Below, piece after piece: positions 20,172 through 30,431 of a stretch of 64,000 bases of DNA; position 1 is the stretch's first letter, and the number at the start of each line of letters is the position of its first letter. The position numbers were made by a program, and so were the translations under genes. The DNA comes from an uncultured Alphaproteobacteria bacterium. GTDB taxonomy: Bacteria; Pseudomonadota; Alphaproteobacteria; ATCC43930; CGMCC-115725. The stretch covers positions 1,889-65,888 of the forward strand of contig CAWJXM010000009.1 of NCBI GenBank assembly GCA_963846635.1. The letters are read 5' to 3'. The notes under the pieces are model-generated. The model saw only the letters and a list, made by a program, of their open reading frames with translations, searched no databases and was not told the DNA's origin.

Positions 20172-20186
20172 GGCGATGATCCCCGA

Positions 20187-20724
20187 TCAGTTCCGCAACG
20201 GGTAATCGGCCTGGTCTTCGTAAACCGAGCCGGACTTTGTCGGATAGCTCGCGATCAGGCTGAACGCCTCGACCGGCAACGGCTCGGCACGAAATCCTGC
20301 ATGCACAGCGAGGAACTCGGCGAGCTTGTCGAGTGGCGGGTTTTGCAGCCGTGCCAAGGTCACGTGTGGGGCGAATTTGCGCGGTTCCGGCGGCAGTCCC
20401 ATGCGCGTCAGCGCCTGCTCGATTTTGTCGCGTAGCGCGATAAGATCAGGGTTGCGTTCGACGCCGACCCACAAGCTGCGCGGGCGGTCGCCGCCAAAGA
20501 CCCCGGTGCCGGCCAGTTGCAGCGAAAAGCGCCGGGCCCGCAATTGGGTCAGTGCGTTATCGACGTCGGCCGCGAGATCCTCCGAAATCTCGCCGATAAA
20601 GCGCAAGGTCAGGTGGAGATTTCCCGGGATCGACCCAGCGTGCTTTTGGTATTCCCGAGCACAACAGCGACAATCGCAGCTTGAGCTCGGGCGGAAAGCC
20701 GATGCCGACAAACAGCCGCAGCAT
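20187..20724 (-). pseudogene. thpR: RNA 2',3'-cyclic phosphodiesterase (ThpR/LigT, 2H family), split by a 1-nt frameshift
   Basis: From ATG 20724 the sequence reads MLRLFVGIGFPPELKLRLSLLCSGIPKARWVDPG. The rest (NLHLTLRFIGEI...PHVTLARL, the two H-x-T-x motifs) lies in another frame. The junction is at the TTT run 20620-20622. Confidence 0.75.
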
Positions 20725-20725
20725 A

Positions 20726-21852
20726 TCAGGTGAACAGGGTCAGCACACCGGTGTGACCATAAAGCCGATCGCGCGAAATTTCGCCATTGGCAAAGAAGCC
20801 GACCAGCGGGAAATCGCCCAGCGTCTCCCGGATGAGCTGCGTTTCGATCCCGGGCTCGCCGAATAGATTGGCGCCGCGGGCGACGCAGCTGACATAGACC
20901 CCGCCTTGGGCGGGCCGCCGATCCGGCCCGCGAGCTGACGTACCATCCGTTCCATGTCGCCGCGGGCGCTCTGCGGGTCGCGGCGGCAAAACAGGATTTG
21001 ATCACCGGGCGCGATCTCTGCGCCGACCACGATCCAGCCGCGGCCCGGGTCGATCGCCATCAGATTGCGAACCAGATAGTCGCCGGTATCGGAGCCCGCG
21101 ACCGGCAAGCCCGCAAAGATGACGCCACCGAGGCGCCGCAGGTCGCGCGCCAGCTCCGGGCCGATATCTTCGAGAAACACGCTCAGCGCCGGGCGGCCAT
21201 CGATCACCATGACGATATTGTCGCGAGCCTCATCGATCCGATGCACCGGGCCGATCGGCATGCAGCCTTGGGTCAGCGAAGTCGCGACGGCGATTTCCGG
21301 GGCCAGCATGACCCCTGCGATGCCATTGGCACCGAGTTCCTTTTCTCCCGGAGTGACAGCAACGAGCGGACTTTCGCAGCGATGCGAAACCAGCCCGCCG
21401 ACGAGAAAGGCGCCACTCGCGGCGGCCACATCGGTAGCGGCTTTGGTCAGGTCCGGACAGCGCGGGTCGGCGTGAACCAGCGCCAGGGTCGGTGTCGATT
21501 TCTCGATCCAGGCCGCATGACGCCGCGGCAAATCGGTTCCCGGCTCCTTTGTCGACGCGAAGATGCGGAAGCCGTCATCCGGCAACGCTGCGGTGATTAC
21601 GACGACGGCCGGCTCTTCGAAGATCTCGCTCGCGGCCGAGCAGACACCGAGCCCGACACCGCCAACCCATGATTTGACGCCGGTCTGAGCACCGAACTCC
21701 CGGAGCATATCGGGGAGTGCGGTCGCTGCCGGCTCCGTGACATAGACGATGCCGAAATTCGCCTGATCGACCGGCGCTAGAGCCGCGAGACAGCGCGATG
21801 CGAGACTGCCGGGCGCGCCGGTTGCGGTCGCCGCGGCAAACCGCGCGCTCAT
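20726..21852 (-). pseudogene. FIST N/C-domain signal-transduction protein with a C-terminal frameshift
   Basis: The main frame (20740-21852) ends in a junk tail. The typical FIST_C end GGVYVSCVARGANLFGEPGIE...GFFANGEISRDRLYGHTGVLTLFT sits in the 20726-20989 frame. The junction is around 20900-20910. Confidence 0.7.
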
Positions 21853-22589
21853 GACGCACCTCCTTGATGAGGGGAAATCAGGCCGGCGACAACCGGTCCA
21901 ATACGGTCAACCAATACCTCGACGCCACGCGCATTTGGATGCAGACCATCCGGCTGATTGAGGTCGCGTTTCATCGCCACACCCTCCAGGAAAAACGGAT
22001 AGAGCGTCGCACCATGTGCGCGCGCCAGTTCAGGATAGATCTTGTCAAACGCGCGGCCATAGGCCTCACCCCAATTGGGCGGTGCGAGCATGCCGAGGAT
22101 CAGCACCTTCGCACCAGTAGCCTTGATCTTTTCAAGCATCTTGTCGAGGTTGGCATGCACCGTCGCTGGAGGGATGCCGCGCAGAGCGTCATTGGCCCCG
22201 AGCGCCAGGATAACGAGATCGGGCTTGTCGGCGAGCGCCCAGTCAAGACGTGCCAGACCGCCGGCGGTCGTGTCGCCGGAAACCCCGGCATTGACGACCC
22301 GCGCAGCAAAGCCATGCGCCTTCAGCCATGCTTCGAGCCTGGCCGGAAATGCCTGTTCGGGCATCAGCCCGTAGCCGGCGGTCAGGCTGTCGCCGAAATC
22401 GAGTATCACGGGAACATGTGCCATAGCGGAAGCGGTGACGGCGAGGAGGATGACGAGCGGGGCGGCGGCGAACAGCCCCACCGCGTTGAAAGCGCTGCGG
22501 ATCGGGCCATATCGTCCGCCATGCTGCCGCCCACGCGCCGGCGCCGTCGCATTATTCGGCCCGCAATTTAGATGACCAGCTCGCCTCAT
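21849..22589 (-). CDS. SGNH/GDSL arylesterase-lysophospholipase (TesA-like)
   Basis: Motifs DFGDSLTAGYG (GDS block), GANDALRG and DGLHPN are present, with a signal-like AAPLVILLAVTASAMA. It is divergent from the ABC pair, as in tesA-ybbA-ybbP. The start is uncertain: the only in-frame ATG (22589) overlaps the ABC gene. Confidence 0.75.
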   Translation of the reverse strand: MRRAGHLNCGPNNATAPARGRQHGGRYGPIRSAFNAVGLFAAAPLVILLAVTASAMAHVPVILDFGDSLTAGYGLMPEQAFPARLEAWLKAHGFAARVVNAGVSGDTTAGGLARLDWALADKPDLVILALGANDALRGIPPATVHANLDKMLEKIKATGAKVLILGMLAPPNWGEAYGRAFDKIYPELARAHGATLYPFFLEGVAMKRDLNQPDGLHPNARGVEVLVDRIGPVVAGLISPHQGGAS

Positions 22590-23309
22590 TCCGGCGGCCC
22601 GCTCGTGGTGGTCGAAGATCTCCATCTGACTCTGGGTAGCGCGGCGGGACCCGTCAACATTCTGCGCGGGATCTCGTTCAAGATCGCGCCCGGCGAGACG
22701 GTCGCCGTTGTGGGGCCATCGGGCTCGGGAAAGTCGAGCCTGCTGATGGTCCTGGGCGGGATCGAGCGGCCGACCGCCGGGCGCGTGGTGCTCGACGGTC
22801 AAGATCTGCGTGCCCTCGATGAAGATGCGATAGCGCGGCTGCGGCGCGACCGCATCGGCATCGTGTTCCAGTCGTTTCATTTGATCCCGACGATGACCGC
22901 GCTCGAAAATGTGGCCTTGCCGCTCGAGCTAAGCGGGTTCCGCAATGCTTTCGCAGCCGCCGCGCAAGCCCTTGGCGCGGTCGGTCTCAGCCAACGGCTG
23001 CAGCATTATCCGGCGCAACTGTCCGGCGGTGAACAGCAGCGTGTGGCGATCGCCCGCGCCTTTATTGCCGGCCCCAAATTGCTGTTGGCTGACGAACCAA
23101 CCGGAAATCTCGATGCCGTGACTGGCAATCTCGTCATCGACTGCCTGTTCGAGCAACGGGCCCAGCGCGGCACAACCTTGTTGCTTGTCACCCACGATGA
23201 AGCGCTGGCCGGGCGCTGCGCCCGCCGGATTCAACTCGCCGACGGGATTGTCGCCGAGGATTCCACGACCTCCATGCCGGAATTTGGCGCAACGCGCAGG
23301 GTCGGGTGA
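22572..23309 (+). CDS. ABC transporter ATP-binding protein (YbbA/LolD-like)
   Basis: Walker A GPSGSGKSS, signature LSGGEQQRVAIARA and Walker B LLLADEPTGNLD are all present. Confidence 0.9.
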   Translation: MTSSPHSGGPLVVVEDLHLTLGSAAGPVNILRGISFKIAPGETVAVVGPSGSGKSSLLMVLGGIERPTAGRVVLDGQDLRALDEDAIARLRRDRIGIVFQSFHLIPTMTALENVALPLELSGFRNAFAAAAQALGAVGLSQRLQHYPAQLSGGEQQRVAIARAFIAGPKLLLADEPTGNLDAVTGNLVIDCLFEQRAQRGTTLLLVTHDEALAGRCARRIQLADGIVAEDSTTSMPEFGATRRVG

Positions 23310-25831
23310 GCATCGCCTCACGGCTTTACCCGCTTCGTCTCGCCGGGCGCGAGCTGCGCGGCGGTGTTGGCGGGCTCGGCGTGTTCGTCGCTGCTCTCGT
23401 GCTCGGCGTCGGAGCGATTGCCGGCATCGGTTCCCTGGCCGCATCGCTGAGTGCCGGCATCGCCCGCGATGCCCGCGAATTGCTGGGCGGCGATGTCGAG
23501 GCGCAGCTCGCCTATCGGCCGGCCGGGGCCGAGGAACAGGCCTTCCTGGCGAAGAGCGGCACATTGTCCGAGGTCGGCTCGATGCGGGCAATGGCGCGCA
23601 CGGCTGACGGGCAGAAGCAGAGCCTGATCGAGCTGAAGGCGGTTGACAACGAATATCCGCTTTATGGCGAGGTCGCGCTTTTGCCGCCGCAAAACCTCGG
23701 CGCCGCGCTGGAACAAAAGGAGCGAGTTTTTGGCGCCGTGGTCGATCCGGCGCTGCTGATTCGGCTTGACGTCAAAATCGGTGGCACGATCAAAATCGGC
23801 GAGGCGGCGGTGCAGATCCGCGGCACGATCGAGCGCGAGCCCGATGCTGCGGCAAGCGGGCTGATCTTTGGCCCACGGGTCATGATTTCGCTACCTGCAC
23901 TGGCGGAAACCCGTCTGATTCAGCCGGGAGCCTTGGTCACTTACCGCTATCGCTTGCGCCTGCCTGCGGGTGTCACGCCAGCCGCATGGGAAAATGAGGC
24001 GCGAGCTGCCTTTCCCGATGCAGGTTGGCAAATTCGCAGCTTCAGCCGAGCCTCGCCAGGTCTGCAGCGGCTGATCGAACGCGTAACGATGTTTTTGTCG
24101 CTCGTCGGCCTGTCGACGTTGCTGGTCGGCGGCGTTGGAATTGGCAATGCGGTGCGTGGCCACATCGCGGCCAAGACCGCAACTATAGCGACCCTCAAAT
24201 GTCTCGGCGCTCCGACCCGCCTCGTTTTCGCGGTCTATTTATGCGAGATTATGGCGTTGGCATTGCTGGCGATTCTCGCCGCGTTAATGATCGGGGCGGT
24301 GCTGCCGACAGCCGTAGCACCACTCATCGGGCACTTGCTGCCGATCTCGCCAAGGCCCGGGATTTATGTTCGACCGCTCGCCTGGGCGGCGTTGTACGGG
24401 GTACTGACAACGCTGGTCTTTTCATTATGGCCGCTCGCGGCGATCGGCAGGATCCCGGCTGGTGCATTGTTCCGCGACACCGTCGACCGTGCCCGACGGC
24501 GCATCCCGCTGCCCACGGCTGCAGCGAGCGCAGTTCTGGTGCTGTGCCTCGCGGCGGCCGCGGTCCTCGGCACACAGGACCGGCATGTCGCGTTATGGTT
24601 TGTGGCCGGGGCCGCGGCTGCCTTCGCATTGTTTTGGAGCGCCGGCCGGGCGATCATGTTCGGCGCGAGCAAAGTTTCCCGCCCGCGCCGGCCGGTGCTA
24701 CGCCTGGCACTCGCCAACCTGCACCGGCCGGGCGCCCTCACTGCGCAAATCGTGCTCTCGCTGGGGATCGGGCTGACCGTTCTGGTAGCGGTGGCGCTCG
24801 TCCAAGGCAATATCGGCCGCCAGATCCAGGAGCGGCTGCCCGCCGCCGCACCAGCGTTTTTCTTTATCGATATTCAGCCGGCGCAACTGCCCGGCTTCGA
24901 GGCTATCGTGCACGACATTCCCGGTGCGCGTCTCGAAGAAGTGCCGATGATGCGCGGCCGCATCACGCGGCTGAATGGTGTGCCGGTCGAACGCGCGCCG
25001 GTCGCACCCGAGGCGCGTTGGGCATTGCGCAGCGATCGTGGCCTAACCTATTCGGCCGCGCTGCCGAAAGGCTCGCAACTGGCCGCCGGAACCTGGTGGC
25101 CAGCTGACTATCATGGCCCGCCGCTGATTTCGTTCGACGCCGCGCTCGCGCGTGGCATGGGCCTCAAGATCGGCGATACGTTGACGGTGAACCTGCTCGG
25201 CCGCGAGATCACCGCCCGCATCGCCAATCTCAGAAACATCGATTGGGAGCGGCTCGGTATCAATTTCGCGATCGTGTTTGCTCCTGGCACCCTCGAACAT
25301 GCACCACACACCGAGCTCGCCGCGGTCTATCTGCCGCAAGCCGAGGAAGAAAACCTGGTTCGCCGCGTCACCAATACCTTCCCGAACATCTCGGCAATTC
25401 ATGTCCGCGAAGCGCTCGCGGCGGTTAGCCGGGTTGTCGGCCTGATCGGCGGGGCGGTGCGGCTAACCGCCCTCGTCACGCTGCTGGCGGGTGCGCTGGT
25501 GCTGGGCGGCGCAATCGCCGCCGGCCACCACCGGCGAGTTTATGACGCCGTCGTGCTAAAGGTCCTCGGAGCGACGCGCGGCGTGATCTTGCGGAGTTTT
25601 GTGATCGAGTACGGATTGTTGGGGTTGCTCGCCGGGGTCGTGGCTGGCGGATTCGGCACGATCGTGGCCTATCTGTTGGTGCGGCATTTGATGGACGCCA
25701 ATTGGGTATTTCTCCCGGGCCCGGTTTTGTCGACCACGATGCTGGCGATCGTCTTGACCCTGATCCTCGGCTTTGCCGGCACTTGGCGCGCGCTCGGCGT
25801 CAAAGCCGCGCCCTTTTTGCGCAATGAGTAA
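23306..25831 (+). CDS. ABC transporter permease, FtsX-like (YbbP-like)
   Basis: 841 aa with two FtsX-type TM bundles separated by large extracytoplasmic domains. There is a 4-nt overlap with the ATPase gene. Confidence 0.85.
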   Translation: MSIASRLYPLRLAGRELRGGVGGLGVFVAALVLGVGAIAGIGSLAASLSAGIARDARELLGGDVEAQLAYRPAGAEEQAFLAKSGTLSEVGSMRAMARTADGQKQSLIELKAVDNEYPLYGEVALLPPQNLGAALEQKERVFGAVVDPALLIRLDVKIGGTIKIGEAAVQIRGTIEREPDAAASGLIFGPRVMISLPALAETRLIQPGALVTYRYRLRLPAGVTPAAWENEARAAFPDAGWQIRSFSRASPGLQRLIERVTMFLSLVGLSTLLVGGVGIGNAVRGHIAAKTATIATLKCLGAPTRLVFAVYLCEIMALALLAILAALMIGAVLPTAVAPLIGHLLPISPRPGIYVRPLAWAALYGVLTTLVFSLWPLAAIGRIPAGALFRDTVDRARRRIPLPTAAASAVLVLCLAAAAVLGTQDRHVALWFVAGAAAAFALFWSAGRAIMFGASKVSRPRRPVLRLALANLHRPGALTAQIVLSLGIGLTVLVAVALVQGNIGRQIQERLPAAAPAFFFIDIQPAQLPGFEAIVHDIPGARLEEVPMMRGRITRLNGVPVERAPVAPEARWALRSDRGLTYSAALPKGSQLAAGTWWPADYHGPPLISFDAALARGMGLKIGDTLTVNLLGREITARIANLRNIDWERLGINFAIVFAPGTLEHAPHTELAAVYLPQAEEENLVRRVTNTFPNISAIHVREALAAVSRVVGLIGGAVRLTALVTLLAGALVLGGAIAAGHHRRVYDAVVLKVLGATRGVILRSFVIEYGLLGLLAGVVAGGFGTIVAYLLVRHLMDANWVFLPGPVLSTTMLAIVLTLILGFAGTWRALGVKAAPFLRNE

Positions 25832-25952
25832 CCTTGATGCGGACTTGGCGCGCCGCTTGCGGCGTTGCGGTCATTGAAAAGATCGCGTTTTGTGCCAATA
25901 TGCGCCTCGACATGGGGAATGGCCCCCGTGATGCTCTCTCTGGAGGGGGTTT

Positions 25953-26669
25953 ATGGCTCTCGGTTCGCAGCCCCGTTGGACAGTGCGACCGGCAGACACC
26001 GCATACGGCATCGATGTCGGTCTGCGGCAGTATATGCTCCGCGTCTACAACTACATGGCGTCGGGGCTCGCACTGACCGGAATCGTGGCTTATATCGCAG
26101 CCTATTCCGGCTTCTACACCTCGATTGCGCGGACGCCGGCGATCTGGCTTGTTATTCTGGCGCCGCTCGGGCTCGTGATGCTGATGAGCTTTGGCGTCCA
26201 AAAGATGCAGGCGAGCACACTGCAGCTCGTCTTCTGGCTATATTCGGGCCTGATGGGCCTGTCGATGGCTGTGCTGTTTCTGGCGTTTACCGGAGCCAGC
26301 ATCGCCCGTGTCTTCTTTATTACGGCGGGCACCTTCGCCGCGATGAGCCTTTACGGCTATACGACCCGCCGCGATCTGTCGCAGTTCGGCTCGTTCCTGT
26401 TCATGGGGCTGATCGGCATCATCATCGCCTCGCTCGTGAACATGTTCTTCCACTCCTCGGCAATGCAGTTCGCGATCTCGGTGATCGGCGTCATTGTCTT
26501 CACCGGCTTGACCGCGTGGGACACCCAGCAGATCAAGGAGATGTACTACGAGGCTGATGGCGCGGAGATCGCTAGCAAAAAGGCGGTCATGGGCGCGTTG
26601 CGGCTCTATCTCGACTTCATCAATCTGTTCATGATGCTGATGCAGTTGCTTGGCACCCGCCGCGACTGA
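25953..26669 (+). CDS. Bax inhibitor-1/YccA family membrane protein
   Basis: DVGLRQYMLRVYNYMASGLALTG is followed by about 7 TM segments and a basic C-terminus. ggaggggg lies upstream of the ATG. Confidence 0.8.
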   Translation: MALGSQPRWTVRPADTAYGIDVGLRQYMLRVYNYMASGLALTGIVAYIAAYSGFYTSIARTPAIWLVILAPLGLVMLMSFGVQKMQASTLQLVFWLYSGLMGLSMAVLFLAFTGASIARVFFITAGTFAAMSLYGYTTRRDLSQFGSFLFMGLIGIIIASLVNMFFHSSAMQFAISVIGVIVFTGLTAWDTQQIKEMYYEADGAEIASKKAVMGALRLYLDFINLFMMLMQLLGTRRD

Positions 26670-26915
26670 CATCCGCACTCAAGCTCCGAACTGAGGCTAT
26701 CGGCCGGGCGCTCTGCCCGGCCGATTTGTATTAGGCTCTGCCGTCGCCGGATAGACCGGGTATAGATAGATGAGCGAGGTCACAAATGCGTACATCCGCG
26801 AAAATCGTAGACGCCGATACGATCGGGTTGGCGGGCAAGGGGCGCAACGCCGGAGATTTGACGTCCTCGACCGCCCGGTCGTGGTGCCGGGCGCACCTGT
26901 GATTTAACCGGTGAG

Positions 26916-27364
26916 CTAACGCCGGTCGCGGAAAAATTCGCGCAGCAGCAGAGCGGCGCGGCGTTCTTCGATGCCACCATAGACCTCGGGGCGGTGATGA
27001 ATCGTCGGCTGACTCGAACAGGCGTGGGCCGTGCTCGACCGCGCCGCCTTTTGGGTCCCAGGCGCCGAAATAGAGCCGCCGCAGCCGGGCAAAAGCGATT
27101 GCGGCGGCGCACATCGCACACGGCTCCAACGTCACCCATAAATCGCATTCCGCAAGCTGCGCGGTCCGCAGCCTTGCAGCGGCAGCGCGCAAAACCAGCA
27201 TCTCGGCATGCGCGGTCGGGTCATGGTCGCGCTCGACCCGGTTGCCCGCGGCCGCGAGCACATTCCCAGCCGCATCGACCAGCACCGCGCCGACCGGCAC
27301 CTCGCCGCATCCGCCCGCGGCCTTGGCCTCGGCCAGTGCCAAGAGCCATCGGCGAGCCGCTCAT
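26916..27364 (-). pseudogene. tadA: tRNA adenosine(34) deaminase, frameshifted
   Basis: GEVPVGAVLV, HAEMLVLR and PCAMCAAAI motifs lie in one frame. The conserved C-terminus QPTIHHRPEVYGGIEERRAALLLREFFRDRR lies in the 26916-27119 frame, consistent with an extra base near 27012. The 5' end is ambiguous (TTG 27342 in frame, or ATG 27364/27349 one frame off). Confidence 0.75.
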
Positions 27365-27757
27365 CCGCTGTGCCGGCGGCGGATCGAGCTCCGGGATCGC
27401 GATCGGCTGTCGCGTCGAGAGCCGCACAAATAGCCCCTCCTGCTCGGCATCGGCATGAACCACGCCACCAACGGTGAACTCGGCGACGAGGCGCCAGCGC
27501 ACGCGGCCGAGCCCAGCGACGCGCATCCGCCCCAGCAATTTGTCGGTGATCGTCACCGGTCGGCGATAACTGATCCGCGTCGAGGTCAGGATCGGCGCGA
27601 CATCGTCGGCCAGTGCCTGGATCAGCGGATAGGCTTGATCCATCAGCGCAAGTCGTAAATCCTCAAGCCAGCGGATGAACACGATGTTGCTGACGATGCC
27701 GGCAAAATCGATGTCGTAGGTCTGGACGTGAAACGGCATTTCGTAAAATTCGCTCAT
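27221..27757 (-). CDS. acyl-CoA thioesterase (4HBT/YbgC-like hotdog fold)
   Basis: The sequence MSEFYEMPFHVQTYDIDFAGIVSNIVFIRWLE... is typical. The conserved part ends near 27365 (…IPELDPPPAQR). No stop follows there, and the ORF continues as a Gly/Arg-rich out-of-frame read of tadA down to 27221. Confidence 0.65.
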   Translation of the reverse strand: MSEFYEMPFHVQTYDIDFAGIVSNIVFIRWLEDLRLALMDQAYPLIQALADDVAPILTSTRISYRRPVTITDKLLGRMRVAGLGRVRWRLVAEFTVGGVVHADAEQEGLFVRLSTRQPIAIPELDPPPAQRMSGSPMALGTGRGQGRGRMRRGAGRRGAGRCGWECARGRGQPGRARP

Positions 27758-27988
27758 CGCTCCATCCGAAATTCCGATTAGTCGCAGCATCGCACAACGA
27801 CCATCTCACTGATACCGATCCGAACCGGCTCCGTTGCTGCAAATTCGCTGGGCAAAGCATCCGAAACAGCTGCAAGGGTCCAGGCGGCGGGGAAATCACC
27901 AGCTGAGCAGGCTTATCCTGCGGCGGTGTTGGCAAATAAGCGGCCGCGGAGTTATTTCATGGCCTGCAGCGGAGCAAGCAGAGCCAGC

Positions 27989-28704
27989 ATGGCACCACCG
28001 GTCATCGGCCTCACCCTCGATCACGAACCCGGCGGCGGCTGGTCGAAATTTCCATGGTATGCGATCCGCGAGAATTATTGCAACGCGGTGCGCGATGCGG
28101 GCGGGCTACCGGTATTACTGCCGCACGAGCCCGATGCCGCCGGGCTCTATCTCGAGCGGATCGATGGGCTGATCGTGACCGGTGGCGGGTTCGATGTCGA
28201 TCCCGCCTTGTTCGGCGCGACGAATCGCCATCCGACGGTGACAACGAAGGACCGCCGCACCGCCTTCGAGCTCGCCGTAACCAGCGGCGCGCTCGCCCGC
28301 GAAATGCCGGTTCTCGGGATTTGCGGCGGCCAGCAATTGCTGAACGTTGCCCTCGGCGGCACGCTTGCTTCAGCATATTCCCGACGAAGTGCCAAATGCA
28401 CTTCCGCATCGCCAAGCGAACCCGCGCAACGAGCCCGGCCACGATGTCCGAATCGTCGTCGGCACTTTGCTGCATCGCATCGCCGAGGACCGAGCGGCTC
28501 CCGGTCAACAGCGCCCACCACCAAGCGGTCAAGGATGCCGGGCCGGGGGTCGTCATCGATGCGGTGGCCGAGGACGGCGTCGTCGAAGGAATTGAAGATC
28601 CACGCTGGCGCTTCTGCCTTGGCGTCCAATGGCACCCGGAATTCCAAATCAACGAGGCCGACCGGCGCATTTTTCGCGCCTTTGTCGCAGCTGCGGCAGG
28701 GTGA
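27989..28704 (+). pseudogene. class I glutamine amidotransferase / peptidase C26 (PuuD-like gamma-glutamyl hydrolase), two frameshifts
   Basis: GICGGQQLLNVALGGT lies in frame a. LLQHIPDEVPNALPHRQANPRNEPGHDVRIVVGTLLHRIAED lies in frame c. ERLPVNSAHHQAV...GVQWHPEF lies in frame b. The junctions are near 28364 and 28491. Confidence 0.75.
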
Positions 28705-28940
28705 GCCGCCCCGCAAGGCGATTTAGGTTCCACACACTCCCTTGCAGACGCAGTGCAACCTCGTACTGCAAGGCAGCCCTGTGTTCGGGATCGCCTTGTC
28801 GCCTTCGGGCTTTCTCGCAACAACGCTCCCCTCAACTCATATAGCCATATGAAGACGGGCATTAGCCTATCGATGGGCGTTGGTTCACTGCCGTGCACGG
28901 TGATCACGGTGCCCATAATAATTATCCAAAGAGGTCGCCG

Positions 28941-29757
28941 ATGCCTGATCTCGGCCTGATCAAACAGGCAGAACAGGATTCCCGAAGGGAAAGCGACGCA
29001 GGTCGACCACGCGAGCGGATTGCCAAGGTGTTGGCCCGGGCCGGGCTATGCTCGCGCCGCGACGCAGAGCGCTGGATTGCCGAGGGGCGCGTCTCGATCA
29101 ACGGCAAGGTGTTGGCCAGCCCGGCGGTCGTCGTCGGTGTCGACAGCGATATCAGAGTCGACGGCAAGGCAATTCCGCAAGCGGACAGGGCGCGGTTGTG
29201 GCGCTATCACAAGCCTGCGGGTCTCGTTACCTCGCATCGCGACGAAAAAGGCCGGCCGACCGTGTTCGATGCCTTGCCAAAGGATTTGCCGCGACTGATT
29301 TCGATCGGGCGGCTCGACCTCAATTCCGAAGGGTTGTTGCTGCTGACCAATGACGGCGCGCTCGCGCGTCGATTGGAGTTGCCGGCGACCGGCTGGGTGC
29401 GGCGCTACAAGGTCCGCGTCCATGGCGAGGTTGACCCGGACCGACTCGTCGGCCCTCGCCGACGGGATCACGATCGACGGCATTGCTTATGGCCCGATCC
29501 GCGCCAGCCTTGAACGCACCCAGGGCAGCAATGCCTGGATCGCGATGGCGCTCAACGAGGGCAAGAACCGCGAGGTGCGCCGCGTTCTGGAGCATTTGGG
29601 CTTGCAGGTGACGCGGCTGATCCGCCTGTCGTATGGCCCGTTCCAGCTCGGCAATCTGGAGCGTGGTGCGATCGCCGAGATCCCGCGCAAAGCGCTCGCC
29701 GAGCAGCTCGGCGCCGAAGCGCCCAAATGGGCGGTGCATGCGGATCGTCGGCGGTAG
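28941..29757 (+). pseudogene. RsuA/RluB-family rRNA pseudouridine synthase, frameshifted
   Basis: An S4 domain (RIAKVLARAGLCSRRDAERWIAEGRVSINGK) and the catalytic GRLDLNSEGLLLLTNDG lie in frame a. ALADGITIDGIAYGPIRASL...NREVRRVLEHLG lies in frame b. An extra G is likely near 29451. Confidence 0.75.
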
Positions 29758-30358
29758 CCATCGCGGCCGCCGCCTCGTCGTCCCGCCGGGGGAGGTGGTT
29801 CGCCCGACCAGTGACCGCGCCCGCGAAGCCCTGTTCAACATCCTCTCGCATGGCGCTTTTGCCGCCGCGGGAATCCCGTTTGCCGATAGGGCGGTGCTCG
29901 ACGCCTTCGCCGGCACCGGTGCGCTTGGCCTCGAAGCGCTGTCGCGAGGCGCCGCCGAGGCCGTATTCATCGAAAACGACCGCGAGGCGCTCGTTGTCTT
30001 GCGCCGCAACATCGCCGATCTCGGTGAGACCAGACGCACTCGGATCATCCCCGGCGACGCGACCCGACCGCCGCCGGCGCTCGTCGCCTGCGCTGTCGCT
30101 TTTCTCGACCCGCCTTACGCGAGCGGCCTCGCGGCCCCAGCGCTCGCGGCACTTGCCGCTGCCCACTGGCTGACACAAGACGCACTCGTCGTAGTCGAGA
30201 TCGGAGCGCGCGAACCATTTACTGTGCCGGAGGGTTTTGCCGCGATCGACGAGCGCGTCTACGGCGCTGCCCGCCTGATCTTCCTGCGCCGCGAAGACGA
30301 TCGATCTGCCGACCCACCAAACCCGGATCGCTCCGATCGGCTCAGAGGCGGCGCTTGA
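29738..30358 (+). CDS. rsmD: 16S rRNA (guanine966-N2)-methyltransferase
   Basis: MRIVGGSHRGRRL, RPTSDRAREALFN, DAFAGTGALGLEALSRGA and FLDPPY are present. Confidence 0.8.
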   Translation: MRIVGGSHRGRRLVVPPGEVVRPTSDRAREALFNILSHGAFAAAGIPFADRAVLDAFAGTGALGLEALSRGAAEAVFIENDREALVVLRRNIADLGETRRTRIIPGDATRPPPALVACAVAFLDPPYASGLAAPALAALAAAHWLTQDALVVVEIGAREPFTVPEGFAAIDERVYGAARLIFLRREDDRSADPPNPDRSDRLRGGA

Positions 30359-30431
30359 CCATTAGCCTCGGCCGCGAAACCGGACTACGATCGATTGCGG
30401 AACGGCCAACTGACCTCGAGGACCGATCGCG

